The notes below the pieces were generated by a model. It was not told the origin of the DNA, ran no database searches, and saw only the letters and a list, made by a program, of their open reading frames with translations. A DNA stretch of 64,000 nucleotides, from the NCBI RefSeq assembly GCF_053078305.1, contig NZ_CP166879.1; one strand, 5' to 3'. This document shows, piece after piece, positions 40,154 through 56,532 of this stretch. The first letter of the stretch is position 1; the number at the start of each line of letters is the position of its first letter. Position numbers and translations under genes: made by a program.

Positions 40154-41488
40154 TTACTCTTCTGTCGTTTGCGGTGGCACGCCCGTTCCGCTTGGTTTAC
40201 GGCGCTTACCAATATTTTTGGTATCGCGATGGCGTTTTTTCACCCGCGGCTTCTCTTTCTCTTTAGCTTTTTTCTTCTCGGCGCGTTTTGCCAGTACTTT
40301 CTTCGATGGCTTGCCGGTCTGCTTCTCGCTTGGTGCACGCGTTTTCGGGCGTAACTCATCAATTACGCGAGCTTTAATTGGCTCTTCAATATAGCGACCA
40401 ACTTTGCCCAGCAGCAGATGGTCATGGGCTTCTACCAGCGAAATTGCGGTGCCTTTACGACCGGCGCGCGCGGTACGTCCGATACGGTGCAAATAAGTAT
40501 CGCCACTGCGCGGCATATCGAAGTTAAAGACGTGGCTGACGTCAGGAATGTCGATACCGCGCGCAGCAACATCGGTTGCAACCAGTACGTTTACGCGACC
40601 TTCGGTCAAACGCTTGATCGCTTCGTTACGCTTGCCTTGTACCATCTCACCTTCGAGATAGCAGTTGTTGATGCCCGCTTCGCGCAGCCAGTTTGCCAGC
40701 TCATGCACACGCTCACGCTTACGCACAAACACAATTGAGCGGGTCGCTTCCGGCTGTTTTAACAGATGCACCAGCAATGCGGTTTTATGTTCCAGGTCAT
40801 CGGCGCGGTAATACCACTGATGAATTTTTTTGCGCTCACGGGTGGACGGATTGGCAGAAACCTCCACCGGATCTTCCAGCAGACGCTCGGCAAAGTCCTG
40901 AATCGCATCGCCTTCCAGAGTTGCCGAAAAGAGCAGGGTCTGTTTACGCCAGCGCGTTTCGCCAGCAATATGTTCGATATCCTGAGCGAAGCCCATATCC
41001 AGCATACGGTCTGCTTCGTCGAGGATCAGCGTTTCAACCGCGCGGCAATCGAAGTTCTCTTCTTTTATGTATTGCAGCAGACGTCCGGTCGTGGCGACCA
41101 CGATGTCCTGATTTTCGCTGAACACTTCCGCGTGGTTCATATAGGCTACGCCGCCGGTGATGGTGGCGATATCCAGATGCGTATGTTTCGCCAGTTCGCG
41201 GGCATGATCGGCCACCTGCATCGCCAGCTCGCGAGTTGGGGTGAGGATCAAAATACGCGGCGGACCGGATTTCTTACGCGGGAAATCGAGCAGGTGCTGC
41301 AACGCTGGCAGCAGATACGCCGCCGTTTTACCGGTGCCTGTCGGCGCAGAACCGAGTACATCACGGCCATCGAGCGCAGGCGGAATGGCGGCAGCCTGAA
41401 TGGCGGTCGGGCGAGTGAAACCTTTATCCTGGAGGGCTTCCAGCAGGCTTTCGTCGAGTTCAAGTTCGGAAAAAGTCGTTACAGTCAT
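40154..41488 (-). CDS. srmB: DEAD-box ATP-dependent RNA helicase SrmB
   Basis: 444-aa ORF with Q-motif, [10 protein letters not shown] Walker A, DEAD box and basic C-terminal tail. Confidence 0.95.
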   Translation of the reverse strand: MTVTTFSELELDESLLEALQDKGFTRPTAIQAAAIPPALDGRDVLGSAPTGTGKTAAYLLPALQHLLDFPRKKSGPPRILILTPTRELAMQVADHARELAKHTHLDIATITGGVAYMNHAEVFSENQDIVVATTGRLLQYIKEENFDCRAVETLILDEADRMLDMGFAQDIEHIAGETRWRKQTLLFSATLEGDAIQDFAERLLEDPVEVSANPSTRERKKIHQWYYRADDLEHKTALLVHLLKQPEATRSIVFVRKRERVHELANWLREAGINNCYLEGEMVQGKRNEAIKRLTEGRVNVLVATDVAARGIDIPDVSHVFNFDMPRSGDTYLHRIGRTARAGRKGTAISLVEAHDHLLLGKVGRYIEEPIKARVIDELRPKTRAPSEKQTGKPSKKVLAKRAEKKKAKEKEKPRVKKRHRDTKNIGKRRKPSGTGVPPQTTEE

Positions 41489-41619
41489 GTTCTACCTCTG
41501 TGTGGGGCGCTGATTATAGACGTTACGGCTGCAATCTTCATCTGTTTGTATGGATATCGCTTCTCGGGTATTGTTCTCACCCGGTGCTATCGCCGTTTTT
41601 CCTGCAAGGTTTTATTTTC

Positions 41620-43973
<2,354 letters not shown>

Positions 43974-44261
43974 TTAATTTACTAAACACGGTTTGGTCAG
44001 CATAGCATCATGTTGTGCGAATAAACACCTGCTATTTTAATATTTGTTACAGTGGCTAAACACGCTGACGCAGGGCGGCGAGAAAAAGAGAAGTTACTGG
44101 CTGGTGGAGGATTAGGTGGTGAAATAAAAAGGCCGTTGGGTTACTCTTCAGGCAGTTAAATGGGCATTTCTACACAGATAATGCGATGTTCAGATTCTGT
44201 AGACTTATAATGATAGATAATGATCCGTCTACAGCATGACAAACAAAAACAGATGCGTTAC

Positions 44262-44289
44262 GGAACTTTACAAAAACGAGACACTCTAA
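44262..44289 (+). promoter_or_regulatory. sigmaE-dependent promoter (rpoE P2-like)
   Basis: GGAACTT (-35), 16-bp spacer, TCTAA (-10), about 85 bp upstream of the rpoE ATG. Confidence 0.75.
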
Positions 44290-44371
44290 CCCTTTGCTTG
44301 CTCAAATTGCAGCTAATGGAGTGGCGTTTCGATAGCGCGTGGAAATTTGGTTTGGGGAGACTTTACCTCGG

Positions 44372-44947
44372 ATGAGCGAGCAGTTAACGGACCAGGTCCT
44401 GGTTGAACGGGTCCAGAAGGGAGATCAGAAAGCCTTTAACTTACTGGTAGTGCGCTATCAGCATAAAGTGGCGAGTCTGGTTTCCCGCTATGTGCCGTCG
44501 GGTGATGTTCCCGATGTGGTACAAGAAGCTTTTATTAAAGCCTATCGTGCGCTGGATTCGTTCCGGGGAGATAGCGCTTTTTATACATGGCTGTATCGGA
44601 TTGCTGTAAATACAGCGAAAAATTACCTGGTTGCTCAGGGGCGTCGTCCACCTTCCAGTGATGTGGATGCCATTGAAGCTGAAAACTTCGAAAGTGGCGG
44701 CGCGTTGAAAGAAATTTCGAACCCTGAGAACTTAATGTTGTCAGAAGAACTGAGACAGATAGTTTTCCGAACTATTGAGTCCCTCCCGGAAGATTTACGC
44801 ATGGCAATAACCTTGCGGGAGCTGGATGGCCTGAGCTATGAAGAGATAGCCGCTATCATGGATTGTCCGGTAGGTACGGTGCGTTCACGTATCTTCCGAG
44901 CGAGGGAAGCTATTGATAACAAAGTTCAACCGCTTATCAGGCGTTGA
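44372..44947 (+). CDS. rpoE: ECF sigma factor sigmaE (sigma24)
   Basis: MSEQLTDQVLVERVQKGDQKAFNLLVVRYQHKVASLVSRY...; 191 aa. Confidence 0.96.
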   Translation: MSEQLTDQVLVERVQKGDQKAFNLLVVRYQHKVASLVSRYVPSGDVPDVVQEAFIKAYRALDSFRGDSAFYTWLYRIAVNTAKNYLVAQGRRPPSSDVDAIEAENFESGGALKEISNPENLMLSEELRQIVFRTIESLPEDLRMAITLRELDGLSYEEIAAIMDCPVGTVRSRIFRAREAIDNKVQPLIRR

Positions 44948-44979
44948 CGATAGCGGGATACTGGATAAGGGTATTAGGC

Positions 44980-45630
44980 ATGCAGAAAGAACAACTTTCC
45001 GCTTTAATGGATGGCGAAACGCTGGATAGTGAGCTGCTTAACGAACTGGCTCATAACCCAGAAATGCAGAAAACCTGGGAAAGCTATCACTTAATCCGTG
45101 ACTCAATGCGGGGTGATACTCCCGAGGTGCTCCATTTCGATATCTCTTCACGCGTGATGGCCGCCATTGAAGAAGAGCCAGTACGTCAACCGGCGACATT
45201 GATCCCGGAAGCCCAGCCTGCGCCGCATCAATGGCAGAAAATGCCATTCTGGCAGAAAGTACGTCCGTGGGCGGCACAGCTTACCCAAATGGGCGTAGCC
45301 GCATGCGTATCGCTTGCAGTTATCGTTGGCGTCCAGCACTATAATGGACAATCTGAAACGTCCCAGCAGCCCGAAACACCGGTATTTAATACACTGCCGA
45401 TGATGGGTAAAGCCAGCCCGGTTAGCCTGGGAGTACCTTCTGAAGCGACCGCAAATAATGGTCAACAGCAGCAGGTACAGGAGCAGCGTCGTCGCATTAA
45501 TGCAATGTTGCAGGATTACGAACTGCAACGCCGACTCCACTCTGAACAGCTTCAGTTTGAGCAGGCGCAAACCCAGCAAGCCGCTGTACAGGTGCCAGGA
45601 ATTCAAACTTTAGGAACGCAATCGCAGTAA
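44980..45630 (+). CDS. rseA: Anti-sigmaE factor RseA
   Basis: MQKEQLSALMDGETLDSELLNELAHNPEMQKTWESYHLIRDSMRGD...; 216 aa. Confidence 0.95.
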   Translation: MQKEQLSALMDGETLDSELLNELAHNPEMQKTWESYHLIRDSMRGDTPEVLHFDISSRVMAAIEEEPVRQPATLIPEAQPAPHQWQKMPFWQKVRPWAAQLTQMGVAACVSLAVIVGVQHYNGQSETSQQPETPVFNTLPMMGKASPVSLGVPSEATANNGQQQQVQEQRRRINAMLQDYELQRRLHSEQLQFEQAQTQQAAVQVPGIQTLGTQSQ

Positions 45631-46586
45631 TGAAGCAACTTTGGTTTGCCATGTCATTAGTGACAGGTAGCCTGTTATTCTCTGCTAACGCCTCGGCCAC
45701 TCCCGCGTCCGGGGCGTTATTACAGCAGATGAACCTGGCCAGTCAGTCACTGAATTACGAGCTGTCATTCATCAGCATCAATAAACAGGGTGTTGAGTCT
45801 CTGCGTTATCGACATGCACGCCTCGATAACCGTCCTCTTGCACAATTGTTGCAAATGGATGGCCCGCGCCGGGAAGTGGTACAGCGCGGCAATGAAATCA
45901 GCTATTTTGAACCGGGCCTTGAACCGTTTACTCTTAATGGCGATTACATTGTTGATTCTCTGCCATCGCTCATCTATACCGATTTCAAACGCCTTTCTCC
46001 TTACTACGACTTTATCTCCGTCGGGCGCACGCGTATTGCTGATCGTCTTTGTGAAGTTATTCGCGTGGTTGCTCGTGATGGCACACGCTACAGCTACATC
46101 GTGTGGATGGACACCGAATCGAAATTACCGATGCGGGTTGATCTTCTTGATCGCGATGGTGAAACGCTGGAACAATTTCGCGTGATTGCTTTTAACGTCA
46201 ATCAGGATATCAGCAGCAGTATGCAGACGCTGGCGAAGGCAAATTTGCCGCCGTTGCTTTCTGTTCCTGTAGGTGAAAAAGCTAAATTCAGCTGGACGCC
46301 AACCTGGTTGCCACAGGGTTTTAGCGAAGTTTCCAGTAGTCGACGTCCGCTACCGACGATGGACAACATGCCTATCGAATCACGTCTCTATTCCGACGGA
46401 TTATTCAGCTTCTCGGTAAACGTTAACCGCGCTACGCCATCGAGCACCGATCAGATGTTGCGCACCGGACGCAGAACCGTCAGTACAAGCGTACGTGATA
46501 ACGCTGAAATCACCATTGTCGGTGAACTGCCGCCGCAAACGGCGAAACGCATTGCCGAGAATATTAAGTTCGGGGCAGCGCAATGA
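45630..46586 (+). CDS. rseB: SigmaE regulatory protein RseB
   Basis: 318-aa ORF with signal peptide. Confidence 0.95.
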   Translation: MKQLWFAMSLVTGSLLFSANASATPASGALLQQMNLASQSLNYELSFISINKQGVESLRYRHARLDNRPLAQLLQMDGPRREVVQRGNEISYFEPGLEPFTLNGDYIVDSLPSLIYTDFKRLSPYYDFISVGRTRIADRLCEVIRVVARDGTRYSYIVWMDTESKLPMRVDLLDRDGETLEQFRVIAFNVNQDISSSMQTLAKANLPPLLSVPVGEKAKFSWTPTWLPQGFSEVSSSRRPLPTMDNMPIESRLYSDGLFSFSVNVNRATPSSTDQMLRTGRRTVSTSVRDNAEITIVGELPPQTAKRIAENIKFGAAQ

Positions 46587-47062
46587 TCAAAGAGTGGGCT
46601 ACCGTCGTCTCCTGGCAAAACGGGCAGGCGCTGGTCAGTTGTGATGTTAAAGCCTCATGCAGCAGCTGCGCTTCACGCGCCGGTTGCGGTAGCCGCGTGT
46701 TGAATAAACTTGGCCCGCAAACCACGCATACCATTGTCGTACCCTGTGATGAGCCGTTAGTGCCGGGGCAAAAAGTGGAATTGGGGATCGCCGAAGGCAG
46801 CCTGCTTAGCTCCGCATTACTGGTTTATATGTCGCCGCTGGTGGGATTATTCCTCATCGCTTCGCTATTTCAGCTACTCTTTGCTTCTGACGTCGCAGCA
46901 TTATGTGGTGCGGTCCTCGGCGGTATTGGCGGGTTCCTGATTGCGCGTGGCTACTCGCGTAAGTTTGCTGCCCGGGCAGAATGGCAACCGATCATCTTAA
47001 GCGTGGCATTGCCGCCTGGCCTTGTGCGATTTGAAACATCTTCGGAAGACGCGAGCCAGTGA
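46583..47062 (+). CDS. rseC: SigmaE regulatory protein RseC
   Basis: 159-aa ORF overlapping the rseB stop. Confidence 0.93.
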   Translation: MIKEWATVVSWQNGQALVSCDVKASCSSCASRAGCGSRVLNKLGPQTTHTIVVPCDEPLVPGQKVELGIAEGSLLSSALLVYMSPLVGLFLIASLFQLLFASDVAALCGAVLGGIGGFLIARGYSRKFAARAEWQPIILSVALPPGLVRFETSSEDASQ

Positions 47063-47259
47063 TTTCACTGGCTTTGTTGCATTTTGCATAACAAATGCGA
47101 GGACGTTTCCAGATACCACAATCCATACGGTATGAACATTTCCTCGCCTCAATGTTGTAGTGTAGAATGCGGCGTTTCTATTAATACAGACGTTAAGCTC
47201 AGAACAGCGACTTCTAAAAGCCTGGTTAACCGGGCATTAAGGCACAATAATCATACTTT

Positions 47260-49059
<1,800 letters not shown>

Positions 49060-49074
49060 CCCTTAGGAGTTGGC

Positions 49075-50049
49075 ATGGCGAATATGTTTGCCCTGATTCT
49101 GGTGATTGCCACACTGGTGACGGGCATTTTATGGTGCGTGGATAAATTCTTTTTCGCACCTAAACGGCGGGAACGTCAGGCAGCGGCGCAGGCGGCTGCC
49201 GGTGACTCACTGGATAAAGCAACGTTGAAAAAGGTTGCGCCGAAGCCTGGCTGGCTGGAAACCGGTGCTTCTGTTTTTCCGGTACTGGCTATCGTATTGA
49301 TTGTGCGTTCGTTTATTTATGAACCGTTCCAGATCCCGTCAGGTTCGATGATGCCGACTCTGTTAATCGGTGATTTTATTCTGGTAGAGAAGTTTGCTTA
49401 TGGCATTAAAGATCCTATCTACCAGAAAACGCTGATCGAAACCGGTCATCCGAAACGCGGCGATATCGTGGTCTTTAAATATCCGGAAGATCCAAAGCTT
49501 GATTACATCAAGCGCGCGGTGGGTTTACCGGGCGATAAAGTCACTTACGATCCGGTCTCAAAAGAGCTGACGATTCAACCGGGATGCAGTTCCGGCCAGG
49601 CGTGTGAAAACGCGCTGCCGGTCACCTACTCAAACGTGGAACCGAGCGATTTCGTTCAGACCTTCTCACGCCGTAATGGTGGGGAAGCGACCAGCGGATT
49701 CTTTGAAGTGCCGAAAAACGAAACCAAAGAAAATGGAATTCGTCTTTCCGAGCGTAAAGAGACACTGGGTGATGTGACGCACCGCATTCTGACAGTGCCG
49801 ATTGCGCAGGATCAGGTGGGGATGTATTACCAGCAGCCAGGGCAACAACTGGCAACCTGGATTGTTCCTCCGGGACAATACTTCATGATGGGCGACAACC
49901 GCGACAACAGCGCGGACAGCCGTTACTGGGGCTTTGTGCCTGAAGCGAATCTGGTCGGTCGGGCAACGGCTATCTGGATGAGCTTCGATAAGCAAGAAGG
50001 CGAATGGCCGACAGGTGTGCGCTTAAGTCGCATTGGCGGCATCCATTAA
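49075..50049 (+). CDS. lepB: Signal peptidase I
   Basis: 324-aa ORF with catalytic GSMMPTL serine motif. Confidence 0.96.
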   Translation: MANMFALILVIATLVTGILWCVDKFFFAPKRRERQAAAQAAAGDSLDKATLKKVAPKPGWLETGASVFPVLAIVLIVRSFIYEPFQIPSGSMMPTLLIGDFILVEKFAYGIKDPIYQKTLIETGHPKRGDIVVFKYPEDPKLDYIKRAVGLPGDKVTYDPVSKELTIQPGCSSGQACENALPVTYSNVEPSDFVQTFSRRNGGEATSGFFEVPKNETKENGIRLSERKETLGDVTHRILTVPIAQDQVGMYYQQPGQQLATWIVPPGQYFMMGDNRDNSADSRYWGFVPEANLVGRATAIWMSFDKQEGEWPTGVRLSRIGGIH

Positions 50050-50062
50050 TAGCTCATCTTCG

Positions 50063-50101
50063 TTCACGTTGTCGCCGTTATGGCGACAACGTGAATTATT
50101 T
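50063..50101 (+). terminator. lepB terminator
   Basis: Perfect inverted repeat TTCACGTTGTCGCCGTTATGGCGACAACGTGAA followed by TTATTTAT. Confidence 0.75.
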
Positions 50102-50291
50102 ATGAGATAAATCTCCCGTGGCTAACGACATCCCCCGTCGTTGTGTATAGAATATTCCCCCGAAGTTTAAGGTTGGCACCTCCAGGTTGCCACGGCACAC
50201 GAAACAGCGTTGGTCCCCATATACCGCTAAACTGAAACTGCAGCGAAGCAGTTAGCAGAGCCATGTATATCAGGTCTGTTTCGTGTGCTGA

Positions 50292-51904
<1,613 letters not shown>

Positions 51905-51915
51905 GAGTAACTCCG

Positions 51916-52644
51916 ATGGAAGGCTGGCAGCGCGCATTTGTCCTGCATAGTCGCCCGTGGAGCGAAACCAGCCTGATGCTGGACGTCTTCACGGAGGAAT
52001 CGGGTCGCGTGCGTCTGGTTGCCAAAGGCGCACGCTCTAAACGCTCTACCCTGAAAGGTGCATTACAGCCTTTCACCCCTCTCTTGCTACGTTTTGGCGG
52101 GCGTGGCGAAGTCAAAACGCTGCGCAGTGCTGAAGCTGTCTCGCTGGCGCTGCCATTAAGCGGTATCACGCTTTACAGCGGTCTGTACATCAACGAACTT
52201 CTCTCCCGCGTACTGGAATACGAGACGCGCTTCTCTGAACTCTTTTTCGATTACTTGCACTGCATTCAGTCTCTTGCAGGGGTCACTGGTACGCCAGAAC
52301 CCGCGCTGCGCCGCTTTGAACTGGCACTGCTCGGGCATCTGGGTTATGGCGTCAATTTTACCCATTGTGCGGGTAGCGGCGAGCCGGTAGATGACACCAT
52401 GACGTATCGTTATCGCGAAGAAAAAGGGTTTATCGCAAGCGTCGTTATCGACAATAAAACGTTCACCGGAAGGCAGTTGAAAGCGTTACACGTGCGGGAA
52501 TTTCCTGACGCAGACACACTGCGCGCCGCGAAACGCTTTACCCGCATGGCGCTTAAGCCGTATCTTGGCGGTAAACCTTTAAAGAGCAGGGAACTGTTCC
52601 GGCAATTTATGCCTAAGCGAACGGTGAAAACACATTATGAATGA
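51916..52644 (+). CDS. recO: DNA repair protein RecO
   Basis: 242-aa [43 protein letters not shown]... Confidence 0.95.
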   Translation: MEGWQRAFVLHSRPWSETSLMLDVFTEESGRVRLVAKGARSKRSTLKGALQPFTPLLLRFGGRGEVKTLRSAEAVSLALPLSGITLYSGLYINELLSRVLEYETRFSELFFDYLHCIQSLAGVTGTPEPALRRFELALLGHLGYGVNFTHCAGSGEPVDDTMTYRYREEKGFIASVVIDNKTFTGRQLKALHVREFPDADTLRAAKRFTRMALKPYLGGKPLKSRELFRQFMPKRTVKTHYE

Positions 52645-52655
52645 TGAGGATTGTC

Positions 52656-53387
52656 ATGGCTGAATTACTGTTAGGCGTCAACATTGACCATATCGCTACG
52701 CTGCGCAACGCGCGCGGTACCGCTTACCCGGATCCGGTGCAGGCCGCGTTTATTGCCGAGCAGGCGGGGGCGGACGGCATTACCGTGCATTTACGTGAAG
52801 ATCGCCGCCACATTACTGACCGCGATGTGCGCATCCTGCGTCAGACGCTGGATACCCGCATGAATCTGGAGATGGCGGTGACCGAAGAGATGCTGGCGAT
52901 CGCGGTTGAGACGAAGCCGCATTTTTGCTGCCTGGTACCAGAAAAGCGTCAGGAAGTAACAACCGAAGGCGGCCTGGACGTTGCAGGGCAGCGTGAAAAA
53001 ATGCGCAATGCCTGCAAACGTCTGGCGGATGCCGGGATTCAGGTTTCTCTGTTTATCGACGCCGATGAAGAGCAGATCAAAGCTGCGGCAGAGGTTGGCG
53101 CACCGTTTATCGAGATCCACACCGGTTGCTATGCTGATGCCAAAACTGACGCCGAACAGGCGCAAGAGCTGGCGCGTATCGCCAAAGCCGCGACCTTTGC
53201 CGCTAGTCTCGGTTTGAAAGTTAACGCCGGACACGGTCTGACCTATCACAACGTAAAAGCCATTGCCGCCATCCCTGAGATGCACGAACTGAATATCGGT
53301 CATGCCATTATTGGTCGTGCAGTGATGACCGGACTGAAAGATGCGGTGGCAGAAATGAAGCGCCTGATGCTGGAAGCGCGTGGCTAA
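52656..53387 (+). CDS. pdxJ: Pyridoxine 5-prime-phosphate synthase
   Basis: [28 protein letters not shown]...; 243 aa from the internal ATG. Confidence 0.95.
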
Positions 53388-53767
53388 TGGCAATATTAGG
53401 TTTAGGCACGGATATCGTCGAGATCGCTCGCATAGAAGCAGTGATCGCCCGATCCGGTGAGCGCCTGGCACGCCGCGTATTAAGCGATAACGAATGGGAA
53501 ATTTGGAAAACGCACCACCAGCCGGTGCGTTTTCTGGCGAAACGCTTTGCCGTAAAAGAAGCCGCAGCAAAAGCGTTTGGCACCGGGATCCGCAATGGTC
53601 TGGCGTTTAATCAGTTTGAAGTATTTAACGATGAGCTTGGTAAGCCACGGCTGCGACTGTGGGGCGAGGCATTAAAACTGGCGGAAAAGCTGGGCGTTGC
53701 AAATATGCATGTGACGCTGGCCGATGAGCGCCACTATGCTTGCGCCACGGTAATTATTGAAAGTTAA
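53387..53767 (+). CDS. acpS: Holo-[acyl-carrier-protein] synthase
   Basis: 126-aa [39 protein letters not shown]... Confidence 0.96.
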
Positions 53768-53791
53768 AAATAATACCGTTCTCTTTAAAAA

Positions 53792-53835
53792 GTAAAACCC
53801 CCGAACTGGTAAGGAACGGGGGTTTTACTTTGTAA
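53792..53835 (+). terminator. acpS operon terminator
   Basis: GTAAAACCCCCG...CGGGGGTTTTAC hairpin followed by TTTGTAACTTT. Confidence 0.8.
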
Positions 53836-53844
53836 CTTTAATTT

Positions 53845-53868
53845 AGTGCAGCACGCACCCTCAACAAC
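53845..53868. repeat. 24-nt element, copy 1 of an imperfect direct repeat (second copy at 54093-54116)
   Basis: AGTGCAGCACGCACCCTCAACAAC; contains the internal palindrome GTGC...GCAC. Confidence 0.6.
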
Positions 53869-54092
53869 AGCGATTATGGATCAGGGTAGTTATCTTTTAC
53901 AAGCAACTTGCAATCTTTATCATAAAAACTCGAGCCTTTACGAAGAAAGCGATATTGATGGCAAGATTAACGTGACCGCCAATTCGTAAGTACATTAAAA
54001 TTGGTTTCGTTATTGGCGATTTTGCTGTGCTTTACACCATGCCACAGAATTCCCCCATTGAAACGAGTGGTGTCGTCAAAGCTCTGGTGTGG

Positions 54093-54116
54093 AGTGCAGC
54101 ATGCACCCTCAATAAC
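54093..54116. repeat. 24-nt element, copy 2 of the direct repeat, in the shoB upstream region
   Basis: AGTGCAGCATGCACCCTCAATAAC; 22 of 24 positions identical to copy 1. Confidence 0.6.
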
Positions 54117-54187
54117 TCGCACGTTCAGTTTTGGGGAGATGTAAGGGCTAATCTGAACGGCTGCATTCCTTGTTTAAGGAAAAACGA

Positions 54188-54268
54188 ATGACTGATTGCC
54201 GATACCTTATTAAACGGGCCATCAAAATCATCATTGCTGTTTTACAGCTGATCCTTCTGTTCTTATAA
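54188..54268 (+). CDS. shoB: Type I toxin ShoB, 26-aa hydrophobic peptide (below the ORF-track size cutoff)
   Basis: ATGACTGATTGCCGATACCTTATTAAACGG... translates to MTDCRYLIKRAIKIIIAVLQLILLFL; in the acpS-yfhL interval where shoB/ohsC lies in K-12. Confidence 0.85.
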   Translation: MTDCRYLIKRAIKIIIAVLQLILLFL

Positions 54269-54285
54269 CACAAGGAAACGTACTT

Positions 54286-54322
54286 AAGGTGCGTCCGGTG
54301 AACCAGTCGGACGCACCTTTAA
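54286..54322 (+). terminator. Putative shoB transcript terminator or stabilising hairpin
   Basis: AAGGTGCGTCCGGTGAACCAGTCGGACGCACCTT hairpin followed by a short T/A tract. Confidence 0.55.
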
Positions 54323-54462
54323 TAACTATAAATAAGTGTCTGGGCAGATACTATATAAATTAACTTAGTGAATGTTTATGCTAATAATCATCAATTAAAT
54401 AAATATAATAGCGTTAAGGTTTCCCTATAAAATAATTAATACTCTACTTCAGGAGCAGAATA

Positions 54463-54732
<270 letters not shown>

Positions 54733-54937
54733 TTACCGTTAAATTATTTTAAAATCAGTAAGTTGTATCGAGTTTGTATGCTTTACAGTTATTAACTTAC
54801 TGTATGTTGATCCAGTGTATTTAACCTTGATAAACTCAGTCCAGCAACACAAAACCGCAACACATTGCATTTTGTCCCGTAGAAAAGACTTGTATGTGTG
54901 AGCTTGTTTTCTGCGCCTACGCAGATAAGGATTGAGA

Positions 54938-56335
54938 ATGCCGCGCACTGTAACACATAATCCGGATAGCCCCAATAATGACGATGTTTTAGCCGCATCT
55001 GAAAAATGGGACGCCTGTAAACCCCCCTATACCAGCGCACACATAAAAATCTGTGTTGCTGCCGCCAAAATCATCCTCGCAGCTTCCGGCGTGGCTCGCC
55101 GTTCCAAATACGAAAAAGAGAACTATCTCCGTATCGATTTCAGCAAAGCCGGTAAGGTTACATTTTACGCCGAGTTTCCAAAAAAGATGGGCCTCAAGGG
55201 TAAAAAGCTCGGCGAGTGGCCGGAGCTCGCTATCCAGCTGGCGCGCGAAAAAGCGCTAGGTATGGCTGACTGTGGCTTGCGGGCAGAGTCCGTACATGCA
55301 GCGCTGGAAATGTACCGGGATGACCTCAAAGCCAAAGTCGCCCGGCAGAAGCTGAGCCCGGACAGTTTCACAACCTACGGGGTGCGTATCGACCGGATTA
55401 AAGCAACGTTCGGCGAGCGTGAGGTGTTCAGCGACGTAACATACAATCGGCTAGTGGAAGTGCTGGACGAGTGGATCGCCACTCGCTCGAACAATAACGC
55501 CCTGGAGTTGTTTGCCGAGCTCCGTCGGTTCTGGAAGTTCTGCGCACCTACTCTTTGTAACGGTCGCAATGTTGCTGCCAGTCTGCCAGATGATTATGTT
55601 TCCTCCCGCGTACAGAAACCCACCCCCACACGGCTTTTTACCGATATTGAGTCAATCGCCCGGCTCTGGCTCAATGTTGCCGCCTGCACCTCTGTACACC
55701 AGAAGAATGCTGTTCGCTTCATGATCATCACCGGCGTTCGTCCGATTAATGTCCATAACCTGCGCTGGGACTACGTTCACGAGGAGACTGGCGAAATTGT
55801 TTATCCTGAAGGGGTTATCGGCATGCGAGGGGCTATGAAAACACAAAAGGCTTTCCGCCTGCCAATAACGCCGGAGATCCGGCGGATTATCGACGAGCAG
55901 AAAGCATGGCGTGATTCAGTTCCTGAGTGCAACAGGGATTATGTATTTTTGCAGCCGCGTGATCCAATGCAGCCATTTTCAAAACGATCACTGGATAAGC
56001 TAGTGAAAACATACAGCCCGGATGGGGCTGTAAAAGGATTAAAACATGATGGGACTGTTAAAGGGAAAGACGGTGCATTTAATACGATGTGCCGTAAATT
56101 CCTTAAGAGCAATGTTATTGCCTTGATGAAGGAAAGAGGCTATTCCCGATCAGACCGAAGGGAAATCAGCCTCCTTTGCCTTCACCACTCCAGCAAGTCA
56201 GATGACCCGATGGCAGAACATTACGACTTTTCTGATGAGATTTTGCAGGAAGAGATTGCGTTAAAGCGCGAAGCTTTCGAGGCTCACGAGCGGAGCATAC
56301 TTGCGCAGGTGGCATTGCTACGGCGGCGAGGTTAA
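54938..56335 (+). CDS. Putative site-specific integrase (tyrosine recombinase-like, P4-type N-terminal domain)
   Basis: About 465-aa ORF at the island edge, convergent with an AlpA-like gene; N-terminal region resembles integrase arm-binding domains; start codon uncertain (TTG at 54932 or ATG at 54938). Confidence 0.6.
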   Translation: MPRTVTHNPDSPNNDDVLAASEKWDACKPPYTSAHIKICVAAAKIILAASGVARRSKYEKENYLRIDFSKAGKVTFYAEFPKKMGLKGKKLGEWPELAIQLAREKALGMADCGLRAESVHAALEMYRDDLKAKVARQKLSPDSFTTYGVRIDRIKATFGEREVFSDVTYNRLVEVLDEWIATRSNNNALELFAELRRFWKFCAPTLCNGRNVAASLPDDYVSSRVQKPTPTRLFTDIESIARLWLNVAACTSVHQKNAVRFMIITGVRPINVHNLRWDYVHEETGEIVYPEGVIGMRGAMKTQKAFRLPITPEIRRIIDEQKAWRDSVPECNRDYVFLQPRDPMQPFSKRSLDKLVKTYSPDGAVKGLKHDGTVKGKDGAFNTMCRKFLKSNVIALMKERGYSRSDRREISLLCLHHSSKSDDPMAEHYDFSDEILQEEIALKREAFEAHERSILAQVALLRRRG

Positions 56336-56532
56336 TACCGGCTGCGACACTTTTGAATAAAAGCGTCGACATTGCGGCGCTCATAACGAACTACTTTTGC
56401 ACTGAAACGAATTGGTGCCAGGATAGCCCGATGACGATGCTTAATATTCCACTCACATAGCGTTTTCTGTGTAATACCTAACTTTTGGCATACTTCATCC
56501 GGGGTGAGTAAATCGTCGGGTTTCTCGCTCAT
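56332..56532 (-). CDS. AlpA/excisionase-family small DNA-binding protein
   Basis: 66-aa ORF LLTPDEVCQKLGITQKTLCEWN with HTH-like pattern; overlaps the upstream helicase stop by 4 nt. Confidence 0.6.
   Translation of the reverse strand: MSEKPDDLLTPDEVCQKLGITQKTLCEWNIKHRHRAILAPIRFSAKVVRYERRNVDAFIQKCRSRY

Noticed and set aside
47054-47080. Small hairpin CCAGTGATTTCACTGG after rseC
   Set aside because: Short stem without a clear U-tract; not convincing as a terminator because lepA is cotranscribed downstream
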